From a virus (taxonomy: Duplodnaviria; Caudoviricetes): 64,000 nt of DNA. The notes beneath the pieces are model-generated. The model made no database searches. It worked only from the letters and a program-made list of their open reading frames with translations, and was not told the DNA's origin. This document shows, piece after piece, positions 19,419 through 29,421 of this stretch. Positions within the stretch are counted from its first letter, which is position 1, and each line of letters opens with the position of its first letter. The position numbers were made by a program, and so were the translations under genes. The DNA lies in the IMG/VR virus record IMGVR_UViG_3300032138_000647, positions 57,808-121,807 of that record; one strand, written 5' to 3'.

Positions 19419-20152
19419 TTGCAGGCTTGGTGTGCAAAAAAAGTGTTGCCCACGTAGTAATCCCTCTTGAAACCCTCAGACTTAAGAAAGGGGTTTAGGG
19501 TTGACCCAACGTCTAGGTAGGTATTGCTATCGTTAAAGTCGGTTAACTGGTGACAAAGAACGTTTCCAAAAGGGCCACAGCAAAACAGGAATACATAGTC
19601 CTCAATGTGCTCCTCCTCTATATACCGCTTGCTTTCTTCTATCAGGTTCCAGTCGTACTCCCAAGCGTTCTTGCTAATAGGAAATACTTTGTCTGGTGTA
19701 AAGGGCAGGCTGTCCAAGTCCCCGTCCTTGTGGCAATATAAAACAGTTTTTCGTTGTGAGTAGATAGGTAGTATGTTAGCCTGATAGTAGCGGTAGTTTT
19801 TATTGACCCAAATGTTTGCCCATGTAATCATGTCTTCCGGCTGACCACAGCCCTCAAGCATCTCCAAAAATGTGTCTTGGCCTTGGCAGCAAGGACAAGA
19901 GATGCCTACATAGTACTGAGGGTGCTGGAATTTGAAGGAGTCCAGAAGCATCCCTCTCTTGGTCTGGTCTTGCTCGCTGTCTTTATCAAACCAGAACTCA
20001 GAGTTATTGATGCTAACATCCTGCATGACAGCCCACTCACCATCAGCATACTTAGAAAAGCTAAAGTTAATGTTGTTTGCCAGCTTGTTTTTGAAGAACT
20101 TGATGTCCTCCGCAAACGACTTATTGGGGGGCATCGTTAAAGAAAAAAGCAT
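19406..20152 (-). CDS. GT-D fold (DUF1792-like) glycosyltransferase
   Basis: FSFSKYADGE, LFCCGP, LDVGS. Confidence 0.6.
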   Translation of the reverse strand: MLFSLTMPPNKSFAEDIKFFKNKLANNINFSFSKYADGEWAVMQDVSINNSEFWFDKDSEQDQTKRGMLLDSFKFQHPQYYVGISCPCCQGQDTFLEMLEGCGQPEDMITWANIWVNKNYRYYQANILPIYSQRKTVLYCHKDGDLDSLPFTPDKVFPISKNAWEYDWNLIEESKRYIEEEHIEDYVFLFCCGPFGNVLCHQLTDFNDSNTYLDVGSTLNPFLKSEGFKRDYYVGNTFFAHQACKWGK

Positions 20153-21158
20153 TTAATATCTCCACTATTTTTTCCGTAGAGTGACCGTCTCCGTAGGGAC
20201 ACTCCTGATCTATAAGGGAATTCTTTTCCCGTTTCAGCTTATAGAAAAGCTCTTTTAGGTCTGCGGGCTTTTCGCACAGCATTGCAAAATCTTCAAGCCC
20301 TTCTACCCTTTCGGTAAACTTGCGACACACAACGCATTTCTTTCTTAGAAAGCAGGACTCCTCCTGTATTCCACCGCTGTCTGTAATTACGAAGTTGCAC
20401 CTGCTGATATAATCGATACACTCTGCGTGAGGTAAGGCGGGCAAGACTTTCACATGTTCTAGCAAGTGTTGAAATCTCGTTACGGCAGGGTTGGGGTGAA
20501 TCGGTAGTATAATTTCCAACCCGTCATATGCCAACTTCTCATCCTTGGCTATGTCGTTGATAGCCTTAAACCATTCTGCCATGAGTTCGTGGTTTTCTCT
20601 GCGGTGCATGGTGACCAAAACAAAGTCTCCCAGACTAGGCTCTATGTCCACTAGGTAGTCAAGCACTGTGTTTCCTACCACATGAGTAACGGCTTGTGGG
20701 TTAGAGCTTAGAACATTTTCCGCCGATGTTTCTGTGGGGCATAGATGGATGTCGGCAAGTCCAGTTATGGAGACACGGTTGCACTCTTCGGGATAGGGGT
20801 GGTGCTTGTTGAATGTTCTTAGCCCGGCTTCCAAGTGAATAACTGGTATGTTCCTGTGAAATGCAGCCAAGGCCACGGCGAAAGCCGAGGTGGTATCTCC
20901 CTGTACCATGACCGCAGAACACTCATCTTGCTCTGGAAACTGGCTTAGGATAGAGCAAACAATTGAATCTAGCCTGTTGTCACAGGCGTCATCTTGGATT
21001 TCAATAGTCTCGCAATCATAGTCTTCTATGCTGCTGTCTATCAATGATGTGTGTTGCCCAGTAAACAGGAGCTTAAACGGTATCTGTCCATCGATAGCAT
21101 CTACCACTGGCTTTATCTTAATCCATTCCGGTCTAGTTCCAAAAGATATCAGTATCAT
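20121..21158 (-). CDS. wecB: UDP-N-acetylglucosamine 2-epimerase (non-hydrolysing)
   Basis: FGTRPE.IK, TGQH, VQGDT, HLEAGLRT, PYPEE.NR, VGNT..D, TMHRREN, HPNP, TDSGGIQEE, PYGDG. Confidence 0.95.
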   Translation of the reverse strand: MILISFGTRPEWIKIKPVVDAIDGQIPFKLLFTGQHTSLIDSSIEDYDCETIEIQDDACDNRLDSIVCSILSQFPEQDECSAVMVQGDTTSAFAVALAAFHRNIPVIHLEAGLRTFNKHHPYPEECNRVSITGLADIHLCPTETSAENVLSSNPQAVTHVVGNTVLDYLVDIEPSLGDFVLVTMHRRENHELMAEWFKAINDIAKDEKLAYDGLEIILPIHPNPAVTRFQHLLEHVKVLPALPHAECIDYISRCNFVITDSGGIQEESCFLRKKCVVCRKFTERVEGLEDFAMLCEKPADLKELFYKLKREKNSLIDQECPYGDGHSTEKIVEILNAFFFNDAPQ

Positions 21159-21898
21159 TTTCTATCCTTTACTAGTTTGTAACCTTGGGATAATATATAG
21201 TTCCAGTAAGAGTGAGCCTGCATGTGGCCCTCGGAAGTTCTAGATGTGGCAGCCATGTCCTCGCCGTACTTAGAGGGGTCTAAGGAACCCCATAAGTCCT
21301 TGTTGTCTTCAGGGTGAGGAGGAACATATGTGCTAAGCCCGAAGTGTTTTTGCAAGACGTAGGAAAAGTGCATATCTTCACCACCTAGAGTAAGGCGAGT
21401 CTTTGGCATCTCAGCCCAGTACGCCCTAAGCCATTCTTTTTCAAAGAACCAACAATGCCCCATGATATCAACCTCTTCCGGCTCTCCGTTGTTTGCTCCT
21501 GCTCCAAAGCATTCATACTTGCATCCGGGATAGTTGGTATATGTATCATCTGTAAACCTTAATCCCCGACATCCCAAGAGACCTCTGTGGGTCTTCATGG
21601 TTTCCAAACAATTTTCCAACCACTGTTTTCCGGGGATGGTGTCGTCATCTAGAACGCAAACATATTCTGAAGAAGCGTTAAGAGCAAATGCGAACCTAGC
21701 CCAAACGCCCAGATTTTTATTGCAGAAAGCGGAGGTGCATCCTTCTATAGCTTCGGCTGGAAATTTTTCCATGGAAGCTTCGTGGTAGTTTCCCCAAAAC
21801 ATAATTTCTAAATCGTCTACGGTTTGGGATTTGACGGCATCGTACTGCTCTTGAAGCGTATGGGGTCTTCTGTATCCATTAAGAATAACTGATATCAT
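21155..21898 (-). CDS. GT2-like glycosyltransferase
   Basis: ISVILNGYRR, VCVLDDDTIP, GEDM. Start refined (ATGA overlap, AAGGAG RBS). Confidence 0.75.
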   Translation of the reverse strand: MISVILNGYRRPHTLQEQYDAVKSQTVDDLEIMFWGNYHEASMEKFPAEAIEGCTSAFCNKNLGVWARFAFALNASSEYVCVLDDDTIPGKQWLENCLETMKTHRGLLGCRGLRFTDDTYTNYPGCKYECFGAGANNGEPEEVDIMGHCWFFEKEWLRAYWAEMPKTRLTLGGEDMHFSYVLQKHFGLSTYVPPHPEDNKDLWGSLDPSKYGEDMAATSRTSEGHMQAHSYWNYILSQGYKLVKDRK

Positions 21899-22821
21899 GA
21901 TTGCCACTCCTTAATCATCTGAGAAATAGACCTCTCAAGTTCAGAGCACTTAAGGCTCGAAAGAAGCCTCTTCACTCGATGCAAACAGGTGTGACCCGTG
22001 GCTACGCTACGACGAACACTCTCAGAATTAAGCTTGCTGTTCATGATTTTGTCTGTTGTTAGGGAGACTGATTCGCTGGTTTTCAGTAGGGACTGGATGG
22101 TGGTATTCATCCTTGTCGTCTGGCTGTCATACTTGGAATGATAGACAACGCTGTTTCCATAAAAAGCCGCATCAAAAAACGATTGAGGCAGGCCCATATC
22201 CTTGGTCGTTATGACAATGCGTTTATATTTAGGATACGCCCCATGCATGTGGAACGCTGGCATAAGAATGTCCACGTCGGCTTCCAGTGATTCATCCTGA
22301 GTTAGGACGTGGTATGTTTCGTAGTTTTCAGTTAGACTATCCAGCCTTTTGCCAACGCTATAATCGGTAACTATGCCTAGTTCAATCTCATAGTCTGGTA
22401 GGTTTGGAGTCTGTCTGCTTAAAAATACATCAGCACCATGCATAACGCTTACCAGCTTGGTCTTTCGTTGTATAAGCTTGTTAAGCAGCATGGGCTGATT
22501 AGTAAAGAGAAAGGGAGCTTTAACTTTGTGGTCTAATAGTACAGAGTCTACAGTATCTAGGTGTGCCTGTTGGGCACCAGTTACATTTAATATCATTTGG
22601 ATGTTTTTGTGATTCGACATGTATTTAACTACATCTTCTGTGAGCAAACTGTAGTGGGTAATAAACAGGTCTGGTTTAGTGATATCGAACATATCATAAA
22701 CGCTAGCACTTCCATCCTTCCACAAGTGAGACTCTGCCCCATCAAGCGCATTGAGAGTTTCGTGAATGTATAGAGGCTCAGTGAACGAGCTAGTCGCGTA
22801 GTTTTGTACTAGTACCTTCAT
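21895..22821 (-). CDS. Hypothetical protein, possibly a degenerate GT-B glycosyltransferase
   Basis: KPDLFI and a C-terminal HTCLHRVK reminiscent of CgeB/GT-B proteins; catalytic motifs not clear. Confidence 0.4.
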   Translation of the reverse strand: MKVLVQNYATSSFTEPLYIHETLNALDGAESHLWKDGSASVYDMFDITKPDLFITHYSLLTEDVVKYMSNHKNIQMILNVTGAQQAHLDTVDSVLLDHKVKAPFLFTNQPMLLNKLIQRKTKLVSVMHGADVFLSRQTPNLPDYEIELGIVTDYSVGKRLDSLTENYETYHVLTQDESLEADVDILMPAFHMHGAYPKYKRIVITTKDMGLPQSFFDAAFYGNSVVYHSKYDSQTTRMNTTIQSLLKTSESVSLTTDKIMNSKLNSESVRRSVATGHTCLHRVKRLLSSLKCSELERSISQMIKEWQS

Positions 22822-23569
22822 GGTGTCTCCGAACTGTGTGATAAGTTTTTATGTTATTGAGTTTGGTCAAATGATTATTGCGTGAGCCGTCTACCACTGA
22901 GAGTTTATGCTTAGCAGAACTATTCAGGTGGTTTAGGGCTTCAAATATAAATTTGTTTTTGTATTCTATTGCAGAGATTATCCCTCGTAGACAATTCACC
23001 ATCTCTTCGTTGTGCAAAAAGAAAGCCTCAGACCATATGTTTTCTATGCCATAAGAAAGGTTTTCTAGTGATCCGTTGTTGTTGGCCGTAAAGCCTATCT
23101 CTAGGCTGGTAGATTCAGGGCTAGCCGATATGATGTGGGATCTTTTGTAGTTTACTAGGGTTAAAAACTCCTTATTAAAAATAAGACTGCCGTTGGAAAT
23201 TAGAACCTTGCTGTTGGAGGTGTTGTTCAGGCACAGCCTTACGCTTTCACAGCAATTAGAATGCTGGTGTAATTGGTTCTCTACTATCCTGATATTTTCA
23301 TTGTTATAGTTGCTTCTTACGTGCTTGATAATTTTTTCTGCATCAAAACCACAACAGATAATAAGTTCAAAATTACGAAACACCCTTTTTATGGATTCTA
23401 TCTGTAGGTCTATCAGCAACTGGCCGCCAATCTTCAGCAGGGGTGTGGGGCCATACGACTTCATCCTGTACCCTGCCTTTTCTGACAAGAGCACTACAGT
23501 GACTAGGTCGTTGTTGGGCCTGCGCCGTTCTGTGGGCGAGGTTATAAATCGTTGATTGTGCTTCCTCAT
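22790..23569 (-). CDS. Sugar nucleotidyltransferase-like protein (LicC/NTP_transf-like), apparently degenerate
   Basis: VVLL...GYRMKSYGPTPLLKIGG..LIDLQI, ICCGF, VEN. Lacks the canonical LAAG loop and GD motif. Confidence 0.6.
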   Translation of the reverse strand: MRKHNQRFITSPTERRRPNNDLVTVVLLSEKAGYRMKSYGPTPLLKIGGQLLIDLQIESIKRVFRNFELIICCGFDAEKIIKHVRSNYNNENIRIVENQLHQHSNCCESVRLCLNNTSNSKVLISNGSLIFNKEFLTLVNYKRSHIISASPESTSLEIGFTANNNGSLENLSYGIENIWSEAFFLHNEEMVNCLRGIISAIEYKNKFIFEALNHLNSSAKHKLSVVDGSRNNHLTKLNNIKTYHTVRRHHEGTSTKLRD

Positions 23570-23578
23570 GCAAGCAGT

Positions 23579-24571
23579 TTATCCTAACCATCTGTCGTTT
23601 TTTAGGGTCCAGTGCACAAACCTCTCTAGACTTTCCTCAAAGTTTACAGGCAGCTTCCACCCCAACCCCTTCATCTTGGAGCCGTCTAGAGCATATCTAA
23701 GGTCATGTCCGGGCCTGCTACTGTGGAAGTCTAAAAGCTCATAGTTCAATGGTTTCCCTACAATGTCTGCGATAGCCTGTGCCATCTGAAGGTTATCCAC
23801 CTCCTGCTCTCCCACGATATTATACTTTTCCCTCTGCTCCCACCTGTCCTGCATGAGAAACAACACTGCTGCCGAAGTGTTTCGAGCATGTATGTAGTGT
23901 CTTTTCCCCGGATCGCCTTCTGGGCTAGCATGTATCGATATTTTCTCTCCTGACAAAGCCCTGCTAATACACATAGGCATGAACTTTTCTGGATGCTGTC
24001 TCTCTCCAAACACATTCATACAGTGAGTTACAATAAGTGGTATCTTGTAGGTGTTGGCAAATGCTAAACAAAGTTCTTCAGCACCTGCTTTCGTTGCAGC
24101 ATAGGGGTTGGTGCAGTCATACCTATCCCACTCTTTGTATTTGACGCCTTCGGGGGCGGGGCCAAAGACCTCATCAGTAGAAAAGTTTACAAACAGTTCC
24201 AGACTATCTAAACCTCTTGCGTAGTTTAGCAAGTTGGTAGTTCCAACCACATTGTCCATCACAAAGGACATCGGATCATCAATGCTTCTGTCTACATGAG
24301 ATCCTGCGGCAAGGTGTAAAATATAATCTACGTGTCCAATCTTGCTGGCTACAAATGAGTTTATTTCAGCCTTCAGGTCGTGGAAAACAAACGACATTCT
24401 ACGCTTCCACTCTGGGTTGGATTCGGCCACCTCATGTAGCCTGTGCAAAGTCCCGGAGCAGTCGAGCCTGTCTAGGCATACAAACTCCCAGTCTGTCTCC
24501 TTGAGGTAGTGGTATATTAAGTGATGGCCGATAAAACCCGACCCACCGGTAATTAAGATTTTTTTACTCAT
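23579..24571 (-). CDS. rmlB: dTDP-glucose 4,6-dehydratase
   Basis: ITGGSGFIG, HLAAGSHVDRSI, STDEVFG, PYAATK, Q.PEKF, RPGHDLRYA. Confidence 0.9.
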   Translation of the reverse strand: MSKKILITGGSGFIGHHLIYHYLKETDWEFVCLDRLDCSGTLHRLHEVAESNPEWKRRMSFVFHDLKAEINSFVASKIGHVDYILHLAAGSHVDRSIDDPMSFVMDNVVGTTNLLNYARGLDSLELFVNFSTDEVFGPAPEGVKYKEWDRYDCTNPYAATKAGAEELCLAFANTYKIPLIVTHCMNVFGERQHPEKFMPMCISRALSGEKISIHASPEGDPGKRHYIHARNTSAAVLFLMQDRWEQREKYNIVGEQEVDNLQMAQAIADIVGKPLNYELLDFHSSRPGHDLRYALDGSKMKGLGWKLPVNFEESLERFVHWTLKNDRWLG

Positions 24572-25323
24572 TGTAGCTCCAGCAATAAATTTCCACTAAC
24601 GGCATCCTTTAGTAATTCTTCCTCATAGGATTCGTATGTGGGGTAGTTAAGATAACGAGTCAGGAATACGAAAAAGCTAACGACTTTAATGTCACCGCTT
24701 TGAAAACAAATTGCTCTCTGTAGGTCTGTGTTGAGCGTCTTGTCTATCTTTTTAAAGAGATCGGGGGGGAACCGTGTCCCAACATCCACCCTTGCGTAAT
24801 GTGTTGCTCCGCCAGCCTTTTTAAAGGCATCGTATTCACGCATTCTCTCTTGTACGTTAATCAATACTTCGCAGTTAATGTTGAGTTCTTCAAAAATTTG
24901 TGTGAACATGTTTGTGCCTATCAGTCTTTGTTCAGGTGTAGCTTCTAGGGGCTGCGAAAGGCAAATGTATAGACAGTCAGCGTCATAGTCAACGCTACGC
25001 AAAGATTCTAAGGTGGCTTCCTTTTTGTTGTTGTCTATGCCATCTAGCATTATCATAAGAAAGAACTTAGATTTGATTTGTTCGTAAGCTTTTTCTAGAT
25101 CTGCTTCTCCTTCGTTCCACTTGGGTGGTCGGAACATATTGCATAGGCACTCCACGGCGTAGAACTCGGAGTCGTTGTCATATGCCTCAACGAGATAACC
25201 CTGCTCACGAAAGGTTTCTATGCGATTGGCAGCACAACCAGTCTGGGTTTTGCCTTCGTAGATTGCAAACAAACAGTCTTTGCAGCTAGTTTGCAGCAAG
25301 CTGTCTTGATGATTCGATTTCAT
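24568..25323 (-). CDS. Hypothetical protein with N-terminal Cys cluster
   Basis: CKDC...C...CLC. Start refined to MKSNH at 25323. Confidence 0.55.
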   Translation of the reverse strand: MKSNHQDSLLQTSCKDCLFAIYEGKTQTGCAANRIETFREQGYLVEAYDNDSEFYAVECLCNMFRPPKWNEGEADLEKAYEQIKSKFFLMIMLDGIDNNKKEATLESLRSVDYDADCLYICLSQPLEATPEQRLIGTNMFTQIFEELNINCEVLINVQERMREYDAFKKAGGATHYARVDVGTRFPPDLFKKIDKTLNTDLQRAICFQSGDIKVVSFFVFLTRYLNYPTYESYEEELLKDAVSGNLLLELQ

Positions 25324-25714
25324 AATGGATTCCTGATATTCTAGTGGACACGACTTGTAGGCCAAGATCTGCCGCCATTCTTGCCACCGTATTAATATCC
25401 AGTAGTGACTTCTTGCTAAAGATAAAACCATTGGCTGTTTCCAAGTCAATAGACTCATCAATGATGGAGCGGGCTAGCATTCTAATATCTGCGCCCCCAA
25501 CCAACAGAGTTCCTTTAATACGTAGCTTTTGTCTGGCTTGAAGTAAGAAGTCTTTTGCGGAATTATATTCCAAGAAATCTAAGCAATCACTAGCCATGAT
25601 AAAGTCACACTCGTTGTCGGAATACCCAGATAGGTTCACCTCTCCGTTCTGCAACTCTACCCTTTCGTATCCCTCTATGTGATCCTCGCCTTTGTTTACT
25701 ATATGAATTTTCAT
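25286..25714 (-). CDS. Methyltransferase-like protein, apparently degenerate
   Basis: CDFIMASDCLDFL and KLRIKGTL resemble methyltransferase motifs, but the GxG motif I is absent. Confidence 0.45.
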   Translation of the reverse strand: MKIHIVNKGEDHIEGYERVELQNGEVNLSGYSDNECDFIMASDCLDFLEYNSAKDFLLQARQKLRIKGTLLVGGADIRMLARSIIDESIDLETANGFIFSKKSLLDINTVARMAADLGLQVVSTRISGIHYEIESSRQLAAN

Positions 25715-26694
25715 CTTACCACCTCATCAAATTTGTTATTCCACTTATCTATAAAAACTTTTTCCGAGAAGTTGTCCAGTACTGTTTTCCTTGCGGCAGA
25801 GCCAAGCTTGTTTGCTAGTTCTTTGTCTTCCAGTAGCTGTAGCACATAGCTCCTGAGTTCTTTCTCGTCGTTAGATATAAAACCATTCTCTCCGTGGACG
25901 ATAACTTCAGGTATCATGCAGGTGGCAGTAGACACAACGGCAGACCCGCAAGACATAGCTTCTAATAAAGAAGTTGGTATAGGGCTAAGCGTAGATGTGT
26001 TGAGAAACACCTGCGCTGAGTTGTACTCTTGGGCCAGTTCTTCAGTGGAGGACGCTGGCTCGGACAACCCCTCTGTGGCTCCGACAACCTTTGTGGTTAT
26101 GCTATCCGTAATTCTCTGCCACCCAGAATAGTTTAAGCAATAGTCACGGTTAATAAAGTCGTTGGCAACGCTCAGGACATGAGGAGCCTTTTCTGCATCA
26201 GATGGGCTAAATAGATTAGTATCCACACTGTGATGTATTACATCTACTGAGTCGTGATTGACAGACCACTGATCTCTAGAGAACTCAGAAATAAATACAT
26301 TGTGATCACCCGTCATTGACCTCATGGCGTCAGCTTGTCCGGGTGGCCAGCTTGGTATGGGAAGCGTATGCTCCAAGCACAGGATTGGTAGTCCTAGCAT
26401 CTCGTTTATCTGGTCAGCCAATTGAAACTGACCAAATTTACTCTGAGACAAAATGAAGTCATATCTTATACCTTGGTAGATAGCGTTTCTTGGCAGCACG
26501 TAATAATTGTCTGGGCGGACAGCGTAACTTTCATCCCACTCCTTATGACCCTCCGCGTTGAAGGCGTAGAAGTTATGCCCAGTCTTGCATAGCTGAGTTT
26601 CGTACCGCTCATGGGTTGGAAAGGTAAGTATGTTGTACTTATCTGACTTACCAGACACGGCTCTCCTGACAAGATTAATTGACGCCCTACTCAT
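25711..26694 (-). CDS. GT4 (GT-B) glycosyltransferase
   Basis: VFISE, IHHSVD, VFLNTS..SPIPTSLLEAMSCG, HGENGF. Start refined. Confidence 0.85.
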   Translation of the reverse strand: MSRASINLVRRAVSGKSDKYNILTFPTHERYETQLCKTGHNFYAFNAEGHKEWDESYAVRPDNYYVLPRNAIYQGIRYDFILSQSKFGQFQLADQINEMLGLPILCLEHTLPIPSWPPGQADAMRSMTGDHNVFISEFSRDQWSVNHDSVDVIHHSVDTNLFSPSDAEKAPHVLSVANDFINRDYCLNYSGWQRITDSITTKVVGATEGLSEPASSTEELAQEYNSAQVFLNTSTLSPIPTSLLEAMSCGSAVVSTATCMIPEVIVHGENGFISNDEKELRSYVLQLLEDKELANKLGSAARKTVLDNFSEKVFIDKWNNKFDEVVR

Positions 26695-27742
26695 TGGAAG
26701 CTTCCTCAAAAAGAGAATCTAACTTTGTTTCAAATTCTTCATACGGTATATCTTTGTAGGCCAGCGGAGCGCTGAAATCACCAGTTGCAATCAGGTACGC
26801 CGCAACGGAGATTGGGAATGCTGTTCCCATCTGCATGGCTGAAAATTTATCATTGCTATATACTATCTTTTCTTCTGTCCAGTCTGCAATGTTCTTATAG
26901 TCACCAACCCTAACTTTTACTATTACTAGGTCGGGTGCTGGCGGGCAAGCTATTTTTAATAGCGCCGCAAGCCCTTGATCGTCTAGTCCGCAGTCGTTGA
27001 TTAGAAACTTAAGTGCCTCGCAGTGACCCTTGTGTCTGATGGTTTTATAGGAGCAGTTCTGTATGCCCCTCTTCTGCATTGTCGCTATTGTGTGTGAGGC
27101 TCCCCCGCTAGTGTAGAAAGCTTCCATGACACCAAGGCTTGTGTGTATATCGGATAGGCCAGACATTCCAGAAACAAGGGTATTAAATCCATTAATCAGC
27201 ACAGCACAATCGTCTTTGTACTCATTTAAAAGCCCTTCTTGTGACCAAGTGCAGTTATATTTAAGATAGTTGTTGGGCTTCGCTGGTAGACCACCAACCA
27301 TCATCTCTACGGTTTCGGGTAGGTCGTCATGGGAATTATAGCCGCGTTCAGCTAGTATGTTAACCCATCCCGGAGCTAAGCCTAAGTCTGTCATTACAAC
27401 AGAGCCTTTGTTCTTGGCATAATCATTGATGCCATTGCTGGTGCTCATGTGGCCACCCAGATCACAATAGGGAAGCCGATGGTCGATACAGTATTTAGCC
27501 AGCCTTTCGTTCTTGTGGTATGGTAAGGCAGAGATTACAATGTCGCTGTCTTGTAAAAACGGATATTCAACTGCCGGGCTGACTATCTGAAAAGACATGG
27601 TGGGGCAGGATGCGGTTTTAGCACATGCTATCAGGTTTTCCATAGAGGCATCTACCAAGGTAAGCTCTTCACAACCCAGCTTTGCCATAGCCCAAGCTAT
27701 AGCCTGTCCCATTCTGCCCGTTCCCACTATTGCTGCTTTCAT
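26687..27742 (-). CDS. Saccharopine dehydrogenase / lysine 6-dehydrogenase family protein
   Basis: GTGRMG, ISALPY, YCDLGG, GLAPG, VGGLP, TWS.EGLLNEY, EAFYTSGG, YKTIRH.GH. Confidence 0.85.
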   Translation of the reverse strand: MKAAIVGTGRMGQAIAWAMAKLGCEELTLVDASMENLIACAKTASCPTMSFQIVSPAVEYPFLQDSDIVISALPYHKNERLAKYCIDHRLPYCDLGGHMSTSNGINDYAKNKGSVVMTDLGLAPGWVNILAERGYNSHDDLPETVEMMVGGLPAKPNNYLKYNCTWSQEGLLNEYKDDCAVLINGFNTLVSGMSGLSDIHTSLGVMEAFYTSGGASHTIATMQKRGIQNCSYKTIRHKGHCEALKFLINDCGLDDQGLAALLKIACPPAPDLVIVKVRVGDYKNIADWTEEKIVYSNDKFSAMQMGTAFPISVAAYLIATGDFSAPLAYKDIPYEEFETKLDSLFEEASNE

Positions 27743-27903
27743 GTGTTACCTTTCATGTAGTCCCCTACCCATATGTAGGCTAGGTTTGCTATAGCATAAC
27801 ATAGAAATACTACCGCGAGAGCATAGTTCTTTTTATTTGCTAGATCTAAAGCTACCGCCAAATACAATACAAAAGCTAATACTAAGGCCCAAGCACCCAT
27901 CAT
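27739..27903 (-). CDS. Small two-TM membrane protein (54 aa; not in the supplied ORF track)
   Basis: Translated by hand as MMGAWALVLAFVLYLAVALDLANKKNYALAVVFLCYAIANLAYIWVGDYMKGNT. ATGA overlaps at both ends, with the ALDH stop and the dehydrogenase start. Confidence 0.75.
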   Translation of the reverse strand: MMGAWALVLAFVLYLAVALDLANKKNYALAVVFLCYAIANLAYIWVGDYMKGNT

Positions 27904-29420
27904 TTCATTCCTTGTGGAAAACTTAACTGTTCGTCATGGTTAACTGTCCAAGACACCTCGTGTGTTACAGCCCTGACAGTCCTTGCGGCGGAGGGGAATC
28001 CGTTGCCAGACTTCTTCACCCCACCAAACGCCATGTGTGATTCAGCAGCGATAGAGCCACCATTCCAATAGCACATCCCGTAATCACAATTATCACGACA
28101 GACTCTTGCTTTCTTAAAGTCTTCGGTGATGATTCCCACAGCCAAACCATAGTCAGTATCGTTATAGATTCTAATAGCATCATCAATAGTATCAAAAGGA
28201 ATAATGGCGACATGAGGACCAAACACCTCCTGCTTTAAATATGGAACATCTCTCCATTCAGTTTTATATACTAAAGGGGACACAAAATATCCGGGTGTGG
28301 CTTCCACGGGGCTAACTAGAATCTCAGCAGAACGATCTTGCTTAACCATCTGATTGAATTCTAACACCCTGCGGAATTGCTGATCATTAATTAGAGGCCC
28401 CATGTAGTCTAGGGGATTGGGCTGCGCGGTATATGAATTGTCGGTTGTAAAGGGTTTTCCCGGAGACACTTGAGAGGCATATTTAGCGAAGCTTTCCGCA
28501 AACTTATCATATATACCTCTTTGGACAATCAGTCGCCCAGCAGACACACACCGTTGCCCGGAAAGCTTGAATGCACTTGCGATGCTGGCAGAAACGGAGA
28601 GGTCGAAATTGGCATCGTCGAACACGATCACGGCTGACTTGCTCCCCATTTCGCAAGAGCATGTCTTATGCCAGCTATCCGCACAAACTCTACGGATATG
28701 TTGACCCACTTCTGCACTACCCGTAAAGCAAATGTGATCTACCTCTTCATTCCTAGCAAGCATATCTCCAACTTCACCGGTTCCATGGATCAGGTTTATG
28801 ACACCGGCAGGGATACCAGCTTCCTCGTAAGCCTTGATCGCTAGCTCCGTGCTTAGAGGAGCGTCCTCGCTAGGCTTGATGACAATAGTATTGCCTTCCA
28901 CTAACGCTGGGGCGGCACACCAGAAAGCACCGATAGCCAGAGGGAAGTTCCAAGGGCTGATGATAGCCACTACACCCTTCGGCTTGCGAAGCATGTAGGC
29001 ATCCTTCTCTGGAATCTCAGACGCCAGAGCTTCCCCGTGAGGCATGCGTCCTGTACCAAAGGCATACTGTGCCATGTGGAGAGCTTCGTTTACTTCTGCT
29101 ATGGATTCATTGTAGTTCTTTCCGGTCTCTAAAGAGATTGCTGTGGCAAATTTCTCCAAGTCCCTCTCTAGGATCTTGGCTACTTTGTATAGGTATTCTG
29201 CCCTATTGATACGGCTAAGATCCTTCCAGTCATTGAACGAATCTCTAGCTACTGAGCATGCATTTTTTACTTCCAAACTGCTAGACTGAGGAAACCTTGC
29301 TAACTCTTCGCCGTTACATGGATCAATCTTAATAACCTTATCGCCAGCGTTATACCAAACCCCGTCTATAAAATTCTTGCCTCTGTAGTTTTTAAAGGTT
29401 CTTAATCCTATGTCTATCAT
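27900..29420 (-). CDS. NAD-dependent aldehyde dehydrogenase (aminoadipate-semialdehyde DH-like)
   Basis: ISPWNFP, GN...KPSE, FTGS..VG, EMGSK, SGQRC, EVFGP, YGL, FGG.KKSG. Confidence 0.92.
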   Translation of the reverse strand: MIDIGLRTFKNYRGKNFIDGVWYNAGDKVIKIDPCNGEELARFPQSSSLEVKNACSVARDSFNDWKDLSRINRAEYLYKVAKILERDLEKFATAISLETGKNYNESIAEVNEALHMAQYAFGTGRMPHGEALASEIPEKDAYMLRKPKGVVAIISPWNFPLAIGAFWCAAPALVEGNTIVIKPSEDAPLSTELAIKAYEEAGIPAGVINLIHGTGEVGDMLARNEEVDHICFTGSAEVGQHIRRVCADSWHKTCSCEMGSKSAVIVFDDANFDLSVSASIASAFKLSGQRCVSAGRLIVQRGIYDKFAESFAKYASQVSPGKPFTTDNSYTAQPNPLDYMGPLINDQQFRRVLEFNQMVKQDRSAEILVSPVEATPGYFVSPLVYKTEWRDVPYLKQEVFGPHVAIIPFDTIDDAIRIYNDTDYGLAVGIITEDFKKARVCRDNCDYGMCYWNGGSIAAESHMAFGGVKKSGNGFPSAARTVRAVTHEVSWTVNHDEQLSFPQGMK

Positions 29421-29421
29421 G

